From: Pseudomonadota bacterium
Lineage (GTDB): Bacteria > Pseudomonadota > Gammaproteobacteria > UBA9214
Assembly (NCBI GenBank): GCA_029287615.1
Contig: JARFQV010000200.1
Location: 1 to 54,641, forward strand
DNA length: 54,641 bases
Direction of reading: 5' to 3'
Part shown: positions 38,487 through 48,438 of the stretch, piece by piece
How the letters are laid out: every line of letters begins with the position of its first letter
Position numbering within the stretch: the stretch's first letter is position 1
Made by a program: the position numbers and the translations under genes
Notes under the pieces: model-generated
Told to the model about the DNA's origin: nothing
Seen by the model: the letters and a program-made list of their open reading frames with translations, nothing else
Databases searched by the model: none

Positions 38487-41366
38487 TCAGTCCCTGTGAT
38501 TTACCTTCAGGGCCGCCATCACCCTCTCAAAGCGGGCTTCGAGTTCGCCCTGCGCATCGCCCGGAACCGGGCCGGTCTGGTACCATGCGATCAGAAGATC
38601 GCGAAGCGCCTCCTTTGCAGTGCGGGATGAGGCCTGCCGGTGATGCAGGGCATCTGAAAGCCTGGAGACCTGGAGCTGCATTTTCGCATCGGCATATTCG
38701 GGGGGGGATTCGATTTCCGCAGCGATTTCCAGCTGCAAGCAGAGTTGCCGGCGTTGTTTCAGGTTTGCTGTCAGGGTATCGAACAATGCCTTGCGGGCGC
38801 TGTCATCTCCACCGAGAACCCGGGCGGCGAGTTCGAAGCGTTCCAGTAACAGTGCCTCCTGGGGCAACGTCAATGGCCCAAGAGCCTGCCAGGCCACCTG
38901 CGTACTCTCCAGCAATGACTGGCGTGCCTCTTCCGTGAGTACCATCTCCAGCGCTTCGTGCTCCAGGTTTTCGCACAGCCGTGAACGCTGTTCCACCACA
39001 TGCAGTTCCGCCTCCGCGGCGAGCCTCTCCTGCTGGCGCCTGCGTTCCCCAAAACGTTTGTTGATCGCCTCGAAACGGGCTTCCATGGCACGCTCGTCCT
39101 TGCGCGGGACGATCCCGATCCTGCCCCATTCACGACCCGCTTCGGCAAAGGCAGCTGTGAGTGCCGCAGCGTCCAGGTCCGGATTTCCCAGCAGGCTCTC
39201 CAGCTTGTCGCAAAGCGCTTTTTTTTGAGCCAGGTGGTTTTCAAGTTCAGCAGTCGCTGCCTCCTGCTCCTGGCTGATCCGTCCGAAGACGGCATCACAG
39301 GCGGCACGAAACTGCTTCCACAGCGCCTGTTCGACCGATGGCGCGGCCTGAACGACTGGCCTCCAGCCGGCCTGGATCTGCCTTACCTCGCGACTGGCTG
39401 CCCGTGGGTCCTTGAAATCGACCAGTTCTTCCACGCGGGTGATCAGGGCCCGGCGGCGGCGCAGCTCACTTTCCCTCTTGACTTCGAGATGCGATTCCAG
39501 ACGCTCCAGCACCTCCCGGTAGGCTTGCTCGATTGCCTTGCGCGCCTTTCGAGAGACTGGTCCGATTCGCCTCCACCGCTTGCGGGCCCTGTGGACACGC
39601 TGGTCTGCCTCTTGCCAGTCCACATGATTCCAGTCTGTATCCCGCATAAATGCCTCCAGTTCATCGCACAGCTCCCGCTTCCGTTGCAGGTGCTCCCTGA
39701 GTCGTGCGGCCTGTTCCTGCCGCTCGTGCTGATACGGCGCGTAGGCCCGGGTACATGCCTGATCGAAACGCTGCCACGACTCTTCCCCGGCAGGACCTTC
39801 GGCACGGTCGATACGTTTCCATGCCTCCCGCGCATTGCGTACCCTGGCAGCGATATCCGCCGCGGTGCGTTCACTCCCTGCCAGTGCCTCGATCTCCGCG
39901 CAGAGCCGCTCCCGGGCACGGTCTGAGCCCCAGTGCCGCCAGTCCTTGAGATGATCGACTCTTGGTTGCATCGAACGCAGCCGCCTTTGGAGGCCGGCGG
40001 CCCGTTTAGTCTCTGCGGGACTCCTGGCAGTCTTGATCAGATGACGAATTCGATCACGCAGAGACAGGGCTCGTCCCAGCTCACCCTGATCGAGCGCCGT
40101 TTCCATGTCAGCGAGCAGGCCGTCGGCCTTTTCCAGTGCCTGCCTGCGCTGTGACTCCTGATCTTTCACACGTTTTCGCAGCCGCGGCAGGATATTGTCA
40201 AACTCCTGTTGTAACGGTGCCCCCCGGTGGTCGGATTCAGGTTGCTGGAGACCTGCCCATCGTTGCTGAAGCTGCCTTATCAGCCGCTCGTCGGGCACCA
40301 CCGGTTCATTCAACATCTCCCTGGCCTCGCCCAACAGGGACTCCAGCGGTACCGCGCGTAACCGGTCCTGCTCGCGACGCTCCAGGGTCTGTTGGACCCG
40401 GTGAACCAGCTTCAGGTAACGCTGCTCCTGTGGTTCTCCCTCAACCGACGCCATCCCGAGTGACCGCCAGCGCCTGACTGTATCGTCAAGGTCTTGCTGC
40501 AGTTCCTGCGAGGAAACCGCCCCGCCCTCTCCTTCCGTTCGTAACCGGCCCAGCAGATCCTCAAGGTCCACGCAAATCGCACGCCTTTCAGAAACGATTT
40601 TTTCCAGGCGCCCGATCTCGGCAGCGGCGAGTTCCCTCGCTTGTACGAATCGCTCCGAGGTTTGCCGCGGGATATCCGATGCAAGACCGGCCCATTGACC
40701 AACAAGGTGCTGAAAACGCCCGCGCCTGCCAGCCACGGGTCCGTTGACTGGCAGGTCCTCCATCTCCCGGCACAACCGCTCTGCGGTCCCGCGGTCTTCC
40801 TCGACCTGGTGGTAGGCCCGCAGGCGCTCACGGGCGAGACGGCTGATCTGCTTGTCTCTCTTTCGGGCATTGTGAGCCACGATTTCCCATCCCTGCGGGT
40901 CACTGATTCTTTCCAGCGCGGCAAGACGGACCGAGGACACCGGATCTTCGACAGCTATCACGATGAGCATATCAGTGTCGCTGATATGCTCCAGCACCTC
41001 CATGCGAATCGTCGCAGCCTCTGCCTTCCTGGCAAGAAAGGCACAAAGATCGTCAGATGCAGCATGTCCCATGATCTTCAGCCTCAAATCCAGGGGAGGA
41101 TGATTGTCCTTCGGGCCGGCCAGCAAATCACGCAGGCGACGCAGAGCGGCGTCCCTGACATCTGTCACCGTTTCCGTGTCGAGCAGCCGGGCAAGTAATT
41201 CGGGATCGTTGAGTCGCTCCACGGCGCAACGGCGCACCTGCGGGTCTGAATCCTCACTTGCTGCCGTTGCAACATCCTCCGGAGGGACGCTGTCGGAGGA
41301 GATTGCCTGGCAACGGACACGGGGATCGGCATGCTTCCACTTGGGAACGAATAGACGGGTAAACAT
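38487..41366 (-). CDS. DUF349-repeat protein with N-terminal HEAT-like units
   Basis: 959 aa, highly helical and R/E/A/L-rich. It has repeated ~70-aa units, each carrying conserved W...W/F positions (e.g. REAWKRIDRAEGP..., RKRWRRIGPVSRK..., GREWGRIGIVPRK...). The N-terminus MFTRLFVPKWKHADPRVR is typical of gammaproteobacterial DUF349 proteins. Confidence 0.7.
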   Translation of the reverse strand: MFTRLFVPKWKHADPRVRCQAISSDSVPPEDVATAASEDSDPQVRRCAVERLNDPELLARLLDTETVTDVRDAALRRLRDLLAGPKDNHPPLDLRLKIMGHAASDDLCAFLARKAEAATIRMEVLEHISDTDMLIVIAVEDPVSSVRLAALERISDPQGWEIVAHNARKRDKQISRLARERLRAYHQVEEDRGTAERLCREMEDLPVNGPVAGRRGRFQHLVGQWAGLASDIPRQTSERFVQARELAAAEIGRLEKIVSERRAICVDLEDLLGRLRTEGEGGAVSSQELQQDLDDTVRRWRSLGMASVEGEPQEQRYLKLVHRVQQTLERREQDRLRAVPLESLLGEAREMLNEPVVPDERLIRQLQQRWAGLQQPESDHRGAPLQQEFDNILPRLRKRVKDQESQRRQALEKADGLLADMETALDQGELGRALSLRDRIRHLIKTARSPAETKRAAGLQRRLRSMQPRVDHLKDWRHWGSDRARERLCAEIEALAGSERTAADIAARVRNAREAWKRIDRAEGPAGEESWQRFDQACTRAYAPYQHERQEQAARLREHLQRKRELCDELEAFMRDTDWNHVDWQEADQRVHRARKRWRRIGPVSRKARKAIEQAYREVLERLESHLEVKRESELRRRRALITRVEELVDFKDPRAASREVRQIQAGWRPVVQAAPSVEQALWKQFRAACDAVFGRISQEQEAATAELENHLAQKKALCDKLESLLGNPDLDAAALTAAFAEAGREWGRIGIVPRKDERAMEARFEAINKRFGERRRQQERLAAEAELHVVEQRSRLCENLEHEALEMVLTEEARQSLLESTQVAWQALGPLTLPQEALLLERFELAARVLGGDDSARKALFDTLTANLKQRRQLCLQLEIAAEIESPPEYADAKMQLQVSRLSDALHHRQASSRTAKEALRDLLIAWYQTGPVPGDAQGELEARFERVMAALKVNHRD

Positions 41367-41755
41367 TGGGCTGGACCTGGTCAGATTTCAGTGCATGTTT
41401 TATTCAACTCGGAGCCGGAAACCGATCGGGATCTCATCCTTCCACCTCTCCCGCCGGCGGGAGGTCGAACCGGAAAGACGTCACCTGCAAGTAACCCCGG
41501 CCATGATCGCTTCCATTTTATGCCAATGGTAGTCTCCTGTATCCGTAAAAGTCATTACCGGCTCACTCCCCCCGTCACTGTGGCCGATTTACAGTACACA
41601 CCAGACAGGATCCCGGGTACTGGCAACGTCGATTATACAGATCCGGCAACTCCCTCCCCCAGCCACCTTTATCGTACCGCTCAATGCAGGCAATCCAGCA
41701 CCTGCCGGGCGCGGAATGGAACCAGAGAATATCCCTGTTGTTGGCGGGTTATTAC

Positions 41756-41783
41756 TTGACTATTTTACTAGGTTATTTAGAAT
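41756..41783 (+). promoter_or_regulatory. Candidate sigma70 promoter of the suf operon in an AT-rich patch
   Basis: TTGACT (41756-41761), 16 nt, TAGAAT (41778-41783). The adjacent AGAATGGCAATTACT matches 10/15 positions of a Fur-box core (ATAATGATAATCATT). Confidence 0.4.
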
Positions 41784-41839
41784 GGCAATTACTGAGCATT
41801 TTAGTCAGGTATTAACCTGCAGACCGTAAGGAGAACCAC

Positions 41840-42049
41840 ATGAAAGGATCAGCTCGTCGGCATACCCGCCCGCACAGTGAGGAGTACCTTTCTGCTGTCC
41901 GTACATCCTTCCTGAAAACGAGTGCGATCTATCTGGGACTGACCGGGATCCCGACCGTAGTCCATACCAATACAACTGCGCCGGCCGTGTACTCCTGGAA
42001 ACATAAACGATGTGGATCAACCGTGAGCAACCACGGCTGGAGAGATTAA
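41840..42049 (+). CDS. Candidate 69-aa leader ORF translationally coupled to sufB (possibly a decayed regulator remnant)
   Basis: AAGGAG lies 6 nt upstream of ATG 41840. The stop overlaps the sufB start (TAATG at 42047-42051). The product, [26 protein letters not shown]..., is basic and matches no family I recognise. Confidence 0.25.
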   Translation: MKGSARRHTRPHSEEYLSAVRTSFLKTSAIYLGLTGIPTVVHTNTTAPAVYSWKHKRCGSTVSNHGWRD

Positions 42050-43497
42050 TGAGTGCTTCAAGCGAAATACTGGATCGTTTCGTCAATGGTGAATACGAAC
42101 ACGGATTTGTGACCGATATCGAATCGGATACCCTGCCACCCGGCCTGAATGATTCGGTGGTACGTACCATATCTGCCAGGAAACAGGAGCCGGAATGGAT
42201 GCTCGACTGGCGTCTCAGGGCATATCACCACTGGCTGGGTATGTCACAACCCGACTGGGCCCATCTGCGCCAGCCACAAATCGATTTCGATTCTATTTCC
42301 TACTACTCCGCACCGAAGCGGAAAAAGGATGGACCCAAAAGCCTGGATGAAGTCGATCCGCAGATACTGGACACCTATGAAAAGCTGGGTATACCGCTCG
42401 AGGAGCAGAAGGCACTTGCCGGTGTGGCGGTGGATGCGGTATTTGACAGCGTCTCGGTTGCCACGACCTTTCGCAGGCAACTCACAGAGGCGGGCGTCAT
42501 CTTCTGTTCCATGTCGGAGGCGATCCGGGAGTACCCTGATCTGATACAGCAGTATCTCGGTTCAGTGGTACCGCATACCGACAACTTTTTCGCATCGCTG
42601 AACAGCGCGGTTTTCAGTGACGGAACCTTCGTGTATATCCCGGCAGGTGTACGTTGTCCGATGGAGCTATCGACCTATTTCCGCATCAACGAGGCACGTA
42701 CCGGTCAATTCGAGCGCACGCTGATTGTGGCTGCCCCTGGCAGCCAGGTTAGTTATCTGGAGGGATGTACCGCACCAATGCGGGATGAGAACCAGTTGCA
42801 TGCTGCAGTTGTTGAACTCATTGCAATGGAAGACGCCAGCATCAAGTACTCGACCGTACAAAACTGGTATCCGGGCGATGCCAGGGGGCGCGGAGGTATT
42901 TATAACTTCGTCACCAAGCGCGGTGATTGCCGTGGAGACCGTTCCCATATTTCCTGGACTCAGGTAGAGACTGGATCAGCCATTACCTGGAAATATCCGA
43001 GTTGCATACTGCGCGGAAACGATTCGGTTGGTGAATTCCATTCCGTTGCCGTTACCCGCGGACAGCAGCAGGCGGATACCGGCACCAAGATGATACACAT
43101 GGGACGCAATACCCGCAGCACTATCGTTTCAAAGGGTATATCCGCAGGCGAGGCCCAGAATACCTATCGAGGACTGGTACGCATGACACCCGGGGCAGAG
43201 AATGCCCGCAACCACACCCGGTGCGATTCACTGTTGATCGGCGATCGCTGCGGCGCACACACCTTTCCCTATATGGAATCACGCAACCCGACTGCCAGGA
43301 TCGAGCATGAAGCCACGACCTCCAGGATCGGCGAGGACCAGTTGTTCTACTGTCGACAGCGAGGATTATCCGAGGAGGATGCCGTATCCCTGCTGGTGAA
43401 CGGTTTCTGCAAGGAGGTTTTCAACGAATTACCCATGGAATTCGCCGTGGAAGCACAGAAACTGCTCAATGTAACGCTGGAAGGCGCCGTCGGTTAA
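42049..43497 (+). CDS. sufB: Fe-S cluster assembly scaffold SufB
   Basis: The track ORF starts at 42010. ATG 42049 follows GGAGAG and gives [34 protein letters not shown].... SufB-typical sequence continues throughout (...[19 protein letters not shown]..., ...[18 protein letters not shown]). Confidence 0.95.
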   Translation: MSASSEILDRFVNGEYEHGFVTDIESDTLPPGLNDSVVRTISARKQEPEWMLDWRLRAYHHWLGMSQPDWAHLRQPQIDFDSISYYSAPKRKKDGPKSLDEVDPQILDTYEKLGIPLEEQKALAGVAVDAVFDSVSVATTFRRQLTEAGVIFCSMSEAIREYPDLIQQYLGSVVPHTDNFFASLNSAVFSDGTFVYIPAGVRCPMELSTYFRINEARTGQFERTLIVAAPGSQVSYLEGCTAPMRDENQLHAAVVELIAMEDASIKYSTVQNWYPGDARGRGGIYNFVTKRGDCRGDRSHISWTQVETGSAITWKYPSCILRGNDSVGEFHSVAVTRGQQQADTGTKMIHMGRNTRSTIVSKGISAGEAQNTYRGLVRMTPGAENARNHTRCDSLLIGDRCGAHTFPYMESRNPTARIEHEATTSRIGEDQLFYCRQRGLSEEDAVSLLVNGFCKEVFNELPMEFAVEAQKLLNVTLEGAVG

Positions 43498-43519
43498 TCA
43501 ATTCAACAGGAGTGAAGGC

Positions 43520-44272
43520 ATGCTGAACATCGAAAACCTGCACGCAAGCGTAGACAACAAACCGATTCTGAACGGGATCGACCTTCAGATACGGGCTGGC
43601 GAGGTACATGCAATCATGGGTCCGAACGGTTCGGGCAAGAGTACCCTAGCCCATGTCCTGGCGGGACGAGAGGGATACACAGTCACCGATGGTCAGGTAC
43701 TGTTCGAGGGAGAGGACCTCCTGGGTCTGGAAACCGAGGAGCGCGCCCATCGCGGGGTCTTTCTTGCAATGCAGTACCCGGTGGAGCTTCCCGGGGTAAA
43801 CAACGCCGCCTTTCTCAAGGCATCACTCAACTCGGTTCGCACGGCACGCGGGGAGGCAGCACTCGATGCACCTGCGTTTCTGAAGCTGGCCAGGGACAGG
43901 ATTGCGCTGGTTGGTATGCAGGACCGCTTCCTCAAACGCAATGTCAATGCCGGCTTTTCGGGAGGGGAAAAGAAGCGCAACGAGATACTGCAGATGGCGC
44001 TCCTTGAACCGAAGCTCGCGATCCTGGACGAAACTGATTCCGGCCTGGATATCGATGCCTTGCGGATCGTTGCGGATGGTGTAAATGCACTGCGAAATCC
44101 GGGGCGAGCCATCATCATCGTCACCCACTACCAGCGATTGCTGGACTATATCCAGCCGGATCGGGTCCATGTACTGGCCAACGGACGCATCGCATGCTCT
44201 GGTGACGGAACACTCGCACAGGAACTCGAGGAGAAGGGTTATGGCTGGCTGAACGAGGAATCAGCGGCATGA
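43520..44272 (+). CDS. sufC: Fe-S cluster assembly ATPase SufC
   Basis: 250 aa. Walker A is GPNGSGKST, the ABC signature is GFSGGEKKR, and Walker B is LAILDETDSGLD. A conserved His is present (VTHY). Confidence 0.95.
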   Translation: MLNIENLHASVDNKPILNGIDLQIRAGEVHAIMGPNGSGKSTLAHVLAGREGYTVTDGQVLFEGEDLLGLETEERAHRGVFLAMQYPVELPGVNNAAFLKASLNSVRTARGEAALDAPAFLKLARDRIALVGMQDRFLKRNVNAGFSGGEKKRNEILQMALLEPKLAILDETDSGLDIDALRIVADGVNALRNPGRAIIIVTHYQRLLDYIQPDRVHVLANGRIACSGDGTLAQELEEKGYGWLNEESAA

Positions 44273-45621
44273 ATACCCCGGAGATTGCCATGCAACGCTA
44301 CCATGATTCGCTGACCGGTATCCAGCCGAGCCTCACCGGCGCCGAACTTCCCTGGCTTGCCGGAAAAAGGCGAAGTGCCCTCGAGGATCTGACCCGGCTC
44401 GGCTTACCGCAACGCCGGCAGGAATCATGGCGATATACCAGCATTGACAAACTGCTGGGCTATGAACTCATGCCCGTCACGGAGGCCATGGCTTCACTGC
44501 AGGAATCGGATATCAGGCATCTGTGGCTGCCGGATCTGCAGACCCACCGCATTTTGTTTGTGAACGGCCGCTTCGTCCCGCAGCTGTCGGACCTGAGCGG
44601 TCTGCCCGCTGGTATCACCGTCGGCAGTCTGCGCGATCTGATCCGGTGCAATCCGATCATGCCGGCCCGGTGGCTTGGTCACGCCAGTGGCGCATCCCGT
44701 CATGCCTTCGGTGCGATGAACAGCGCCGCAATCCATGACGGCCTGGTCATTGACCTGCCACGTAACCAGCGGCTCGAACGACCGGTCGAGGTACTGCAGA
44801 TCAGCATGGGAAGGGATGACGCCATCCTCTACCAGCCTCGCAACCTGGTAGTACTCGAGGCAGGTTCGGAGGCCACCCTGATCGAACGGCATGTTTGCCT
44901 GGGTAATTCGCATTACTTCCACAATGGCATGAGCGAGATCCTGGTGCAGGAAGGAGCCAGGCTCGAACATCTTCGCATACAGGAGGAAAGTCCCGCAGCC
45001 AGTTTCCTGCACGGTATTTTTGCCAGACAGGCTGCAGACAGCCGTTATGAATACAGCGGCTTCTCCCTGGGCGGGGCCTGGGCACGAACCGAGCTGAATC
45101 TGGACCTTCAGGGCGAGGGGGCCCATGCGCGGCTGGATGGCCTGTACACCACAGGATCCAATCAGTTGACTGATTACCATCTGAACATCCGGCATACCGT
45201 TCCCGGCTGCCGGAGCGACACCCGTTTCAAGGGCCTCCTCCACGGCAGGGGCCGGGCGGTATTCGACGGCAGTATCGTGGTCGAGAAGGAAGCGCAGAAG
45301 ACCGAGGCACATCTGAATAATGCCAATCTGCTGCTCAGCAGACGAGCCGAGGTAGATACCAAACCGCAGCTGGAAATCCATGCCGATGATGTTCGATGCA
45401 GCCATGGGGCGACAGTCGGCCAGCTGGAGCCGATACAACTGTTTTATCTCCGATCGCGTGGTATTGACGCCCTGGATGCACAACGCATGCTCTGCATGGG
45501 CTTTGCCGGTGAAATCCTGGAACAGTGCAGGATCAGGCCCGTAAGTGACATAGTCGGGAGGGCAATCGAAAACGAGCTGAATGCCCTGGCTCCCGAGGTC
45601 GCCGGTGCGAGTTCTGACTGA
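44269..45621 (+). CDS. sufD: Fe-S cluster assembly protein SufD
   Basis: 450 aa. The ATGA overlap with sufC indicates coupling. The C-terminal SufBD beta-helix signature is ...EIHADDVRCSHGATVGQLEPIQLFYLRSRGI.... Confidence 0.9.
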   Translation: MNTPEIAMQRYHDSLTGIQPSLTGAELPWLAGKRRSALEDLTRLGLPQRRQESWRYTSIDKLLGYELMPVTEAMASLQESDIRHLWLPDLQTHRILFVNGRFVPQLSDLSGLPAGITVGSLRDLIRCNPIMPARWLGHASGASRHAFGAMNSAAIHDGLVIDLPRNQRLERPVEVLQISMGRDDAILYQPRNLVVLEAGSEATLIERHVCLGNSHYFHNGMSEILVQEGARLEHLRIQEESPAASFLHGIFARQAADSRYEYSGFSLGGAWARTELNLDLQGEGAHARLDGLYTTGSNQLTDYHLNIRHTVPGCRSDTRFKGLLHGRGRAVFDGSIVVEKEAQKTEAHLNNANLLLSRRAEVDTKPQLEIHADDVRCSHGATVGQLEPIQLFYLRSRGIDALDAQRMLCMGFAGEILEQCRIRPVSDIVGRAIENELNALAPEVAGASSD

Positions 45622-45625
45622 GGCG

Positions 45626-46006
45626 ATGATGGCTACCAGATACGTGCAGCTTCAACCCCCTTTCCGCAACCTGCCGGACGATAGTACGGCGCTGCCGGAA
45701 GGCATCAGCCGGGAGGAAGCGGTGATCGAAAGCCTGCGTGGAATCCACGACCCCGAACTCCCGGTAAACATTTACGATCTGGGCCTGATCTATGATCTGC
45801 GAATCGATGACGCGGGGTCTGTTGATATCAGGATGACGCTGACCACACCCGGTTGCCCGGTGGCCGGCTCGATGCCCGGACTGGTAAAGGATGCCGTGCT
45901 GCAGGTACCGGGTATCAGCAAGGTTCGGGTGGAACTGGTCTGGGACCCTCCCTGGACCCGCGACCGGCTGAGTGTAGAGACGCAACTGGAACTGGGACTC
46001 CTGTAG
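45626..46006 (+). CDS. sufT: SUF-associated DUF59/MIP18-family Fe-S assembly protein (SufT/PaaD-like)
   Basis: The start was re-set to ATG 45626, with GAGG upstream and 4 nt after the sufD stop. It contains IHDPELPVNIYDLGLIYDL and the conserved TTPGCPVAG cysteine motif. Confidence 0.8.
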   Translation: MMATRYVQLQPPFRNLPDDSTALPEGISREEAVIESLRGIHDPELPVNIYDLGLIYDLRIDDAGSVDIRMTLTTPGCPVAGSMPGLVKDAVLQVPGISKVRVELVWDPPWTRDRLSVETQLELGLL

Positions 46007-46027
46007 CCGATTGGCGCCAGGCGAAAG

Positions 46028-46171
46028 ATGGACATGAACATACAACTCACCGGCGGCGCTGCCCGACCTGTAAAGACCATGCCGGAAAACATGCGGACAG
46101 TTTCGGGCTGCGGTCTGGCACGCGCAATGACGGCTTCGGTGAGTCAATCGCATTCAGGGAACCTGATATGA
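46028..46171 (+). pseudogene. 47-codon ORF resembling a truncated A-type Fe-S carrier (SufA/IscA-like remnant)
   Basis: Below the track's length cut-off. The translation is MDMNIQLTGGAARPVKTMPENMRTVSGCGLARAMTASVSQSHSGNLI. The start (xIxLTxxAAxxVK) and an SGCG(L/S) cysteine motif resemble IscA/SufA. The protein is less than half the normal length and lacks the C-terminal CxC motif. Its stop overlaps the sufE ATG (ATGA). Confidence 0.3.
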
Positions 46172-46647
46172 CTGAACTCGACGAGATGGTGGAAAGCTTC
46201 GATTTCCTGGGCGACTGGGATGAGCGCTATGCATACCTGATCGAGCTGGGTGAATCGCTACCCGAGTTACCCGGAAACCTGCGCACCGAGGCCAACCGGG
46301 TCAAGGCCTGTATGAGCAAGGTATGGGTATACGCCTTCATCGATGAGGAGAGTCCCGAGATCATCCGTTTCGGCGGTGACTGCGATACCGGGATCATCAA
46401 GGGGGTAGTCGCACTGCTGATCAAGCTGGCCTCGGGGAGGACTGCAGGGGAAATCGCGAGACTCGACCTCGATGAAGTATTCGATCGCCTCAGGCTCGGC
46501 GATCACCTGTCCCCGAACCGGCATGTGGGTGTCTATGCAATCGTGGAACTCATGAATAAACAGGCGCAGCAGCTGTCAGGAGACCGTCGCAAAGTATTGA
46601 AACCCGCACCGCCGGGGTTGATGGAAATGGGCACGAAAACCGGGTAG
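46168..46647 (+). CDS. sufE: Cysteine desulfuration (sulfur acceptor) protein SufE
   Basis: The track ORF (45853) is over-extended. ATG 46168 gives MTELDEMVESFDFLGDWDERYAYLIELGESLPELP...NRVKACMSKVWVYAF, which contains the SufE active-site Cys motif. A ~25-aa C-terminal extension is present. Confidence 0.8.
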   Translation: MTELDEMVESFDFLGDWDERYAYLIELGESLPELPGNLRTEANRVKACMSKVWVYAFIDEESPEIIRFGGDCDTGIIKGVVALLIKLASGRTAGEIARLDLDEVFDRLRLGDHLSPNRHVGVYAIVELMNKQAQQLSGDRRKVLKPAPPGLMEMGTKTG

Positions 46648-46745
46648 ATCATTAGCACTCGCAAACAGCCGGGATACAGACGGATCCTTTCACCTGTTGC
46701 CGGAACAGGATGAGAACATACGGTTGGTATGTAACTGGCTCCGAT

Positions 46746-47237
46746 TCAGCGGCTTTCGTTCTTCTCGATCTCGGTGACCACATCCCGAAACAAATCCCTG
46801 TTGTGCTCACTGAGTTCCATCAGTGCCCGGTGGGCATTCAGTACGGTGCGGGCAGTTCCAGCCTTGTCGGCAGGCTCAACCGCTATCTCCGTTGCCTCCG
46901 CGGCCTCAATGGCAGTACGTGGCACGATATCGAACACCTCATCGAAGGCCATACTGTTAAGCAGTACATTGATTTCCGGGCGATCAGAGACAATCGTGAT
47001 CCTTGATCCTCCGAGTTCTTCCATTCGCATGGCCATGCGCGCCATCAGCCCAAGATTGGTGCTGTCAATACTTTCGGTTTCCACAAGGTCTATGACCATT
47101 GCAGCAGGGGTAGACCCGCTGAACAGATTCTGCACATAGTCTTCCAGCGACGGACTCAGTGTATAGCGGATATCACCCAGAAAACGCAGTACATGCACAC
47201 CATCGCTGCAGGCGTGTAATACCCTGCCGCTATCCAT
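46746..47237 (-). CDS. STAS-domain anti-sigma-factor-antagonist-like protein
   Basis: 163 aa. The STAS core is VIDLVETESIDSTNLGLMARM, with the phosphorylatable Ser in the DST motif. Its start overlaps the upstream gene by 8 nt. Confidence 0.8.
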   Translation of the reverse strand: MDSGRVLHACSDGVHVLRFLGDIRYTLSPSLEDYVQNLFSGSTPAAMVIDLVETESIDSTNLGLMARMAMRMEELGGSRITIVSDRPEINVLLNSMAFDEVFDIVPRTAIEAAEATEIAVEPADKAGTARTVLNAHRALMELSEHNRDLFRDVVTEIEKNESR

Positions 47238-48438
47238 TTCCGACCCGACTGCTCAGGACCAGAAAGGCGATATCATCGGGAAGGTGTTTATCCGCAAGGA
47301 CATCGAGGCCGGCCGTGAGTTCTTCGATGAATTCATCCACGCTGTCGCCGGTTTGCAGGAGAGTGTTGCACCGGTTCATGAGTTGCTCGGGCGACAGCAG
47401 TTCCAGGACACCATCGGAAGCCAGAACCAGCACAAAATCCTCCGGCAGGGATGTCTTCCATTCCTGGAATTCTGCATTCCCGAACAAGCCAACGGGGCGG
47501 CCGCGGCATTCCAGCATCCTGGTTTGATGGCCATCATGCAGGAGCGGGTAAGGGAACTGTCCGGCACTGCTGTAAGTCAGACTGTTCTCCCCGGAATCCA
47601 GTACGCAATAAAACATGGTGAGATATTTATCCAGCTTCTGCGCACAGACATCGCGGTTCAGGCGCAACAGGGTTGCGCTGGGTGACAGGATTGTTTCGTC
47701 GGTACCTGTCCGGTGGGCGGTACGGTACTGGTTAACGAGGGTATTGAGCATAACGGTCACAAAGGCGGAAGCCGCCCCGTGACCGGACACGTCCGCCATA
47801 TAGAATCCGATTCGATGGTCGTCTATGCGGAAATAGTCGACGAAATCACCGCTGAGGTACATGGATGGGTATAGCTTGCTGCGGAATGCATAACGGCCGT
47901 AAACCTGCTTTTCCCCTGGCAGGAGCTGTGACTGGATGCGGCGACCTGCCTCCTCATCTTCCTGAAGCTGCTTGAGGGTACGGGACAATTCCCGATTCAG
48001 TTTCTCGAGATTTTCCCGGTACATCCGGTTCTGGCGTATCAGATCGGCATGTTCCAGTACCCGCCGGACGGCGCTCTCCAGCACCGCCATATCGTGAATC
48101 GGCTTCGTCACATAATCCCACGCCCCCCTCTTCAGGGCCTGCACCGCATAGCTTAGGAGACTGACGCCTGATACCACGATTACCGGTGTCTCCGGTGATT
48201 CGCTGGTAATGGCGGAAAGAACCTCCAGTCCGTCCATGCCGGGCAGGCGCAGGTCACACAACACCACATCCGGATGTTCGCGGCGGAATAGCTCCAGGCC
48301 GGTTGGTCCATCATGCGCTTCCAGCATGGTAAAGCCGCTGTCTTCCAGATAGGTCACGATACCGCTTCGAATCGGCGGTTCATCCTCGATGGTCAGGATC
48401 CTGGCGGTTTCAGTCACGTCCACGGTCCTCACTCTCAC
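47230..48438 (-). CDS. Response regulator with PP2C/SpoIIE phosphatase output (RsbU-like)
   Basis: The REC domain is ILTIEDEPP...DLRLPGMDG...K. A coiled-coil linker follows. The PP2C motifs are GDFVDYFRIDDHRIGFYMADVSGHGAASAF and LASDGVLEL. There are several in-frame GTG starts (48438-48417), so the exact start is uncertain. Confidence 0.85.
   Translation of the reverse strand: MRVRTVDVTETARILTIEDEPPIRSGIVTYLEDSGFTMLEAHDGPTGLELFRREHPDVVLCDLRLPGMDGLEVLSAITSESPETPVIVVSGVSLLSYAVQALKRGAWDYVTKPIHDMAVLESAVRRVLEHADLIRQNRMYRENLEKLNRELSRTLKQLQEDEEAGRRIQSQLLPGEKQVYGRYAFRSKLYPSMYLSGDFVDYFRIDDHRIGFYMADVSGHGAASAFVTVMLNTLVNQYRTAHRTGTDETILSPSATLLRLNRDVCAQKLDKYLTMFYCVLDSGENSLTYSSAGQFPYPLLHDGHQTRMLECRGRPVGLFGNAEFQEWKTSLPEDFVLVLASDGVLELLSPEQLMNRCNTLLQTGDSVDEFIEELTAGLDVLADKHLPDDIAFLVLSSRVGNG

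Noticed and set aside
41391-41759. 122-aa ORF, and the minus-strand ORF 41805-42170, in the long DUF349/suf intergenic region. I also asked whether a small RNA gene hides in these 680 bp.
   Set aside because: The ORF products are P/T/R/C-rich junk. I see a 16-bp palindrome and a promoter-like AT patch but no terminator-bounded unit that would define an sRNA.
45853-46167. 105-codon upstream extension of sufE in the ORF track, and the antisense ORF 45533-46153.
   Set aside because: The extension overlaps the 3' end of the DUF59 gene in another frame and has junk composition. SufE homology starts at MTELDEMVESFDFLGDW (46168).
46693-46709. Hairpin CCTGTT-GCCGG-AACAGG between the convergent sufE and STAS genes, as a possible terminator.
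   Set aside because: The stem is only 6 bp and no U-tract follows on either strand. This is too weak to annotate.
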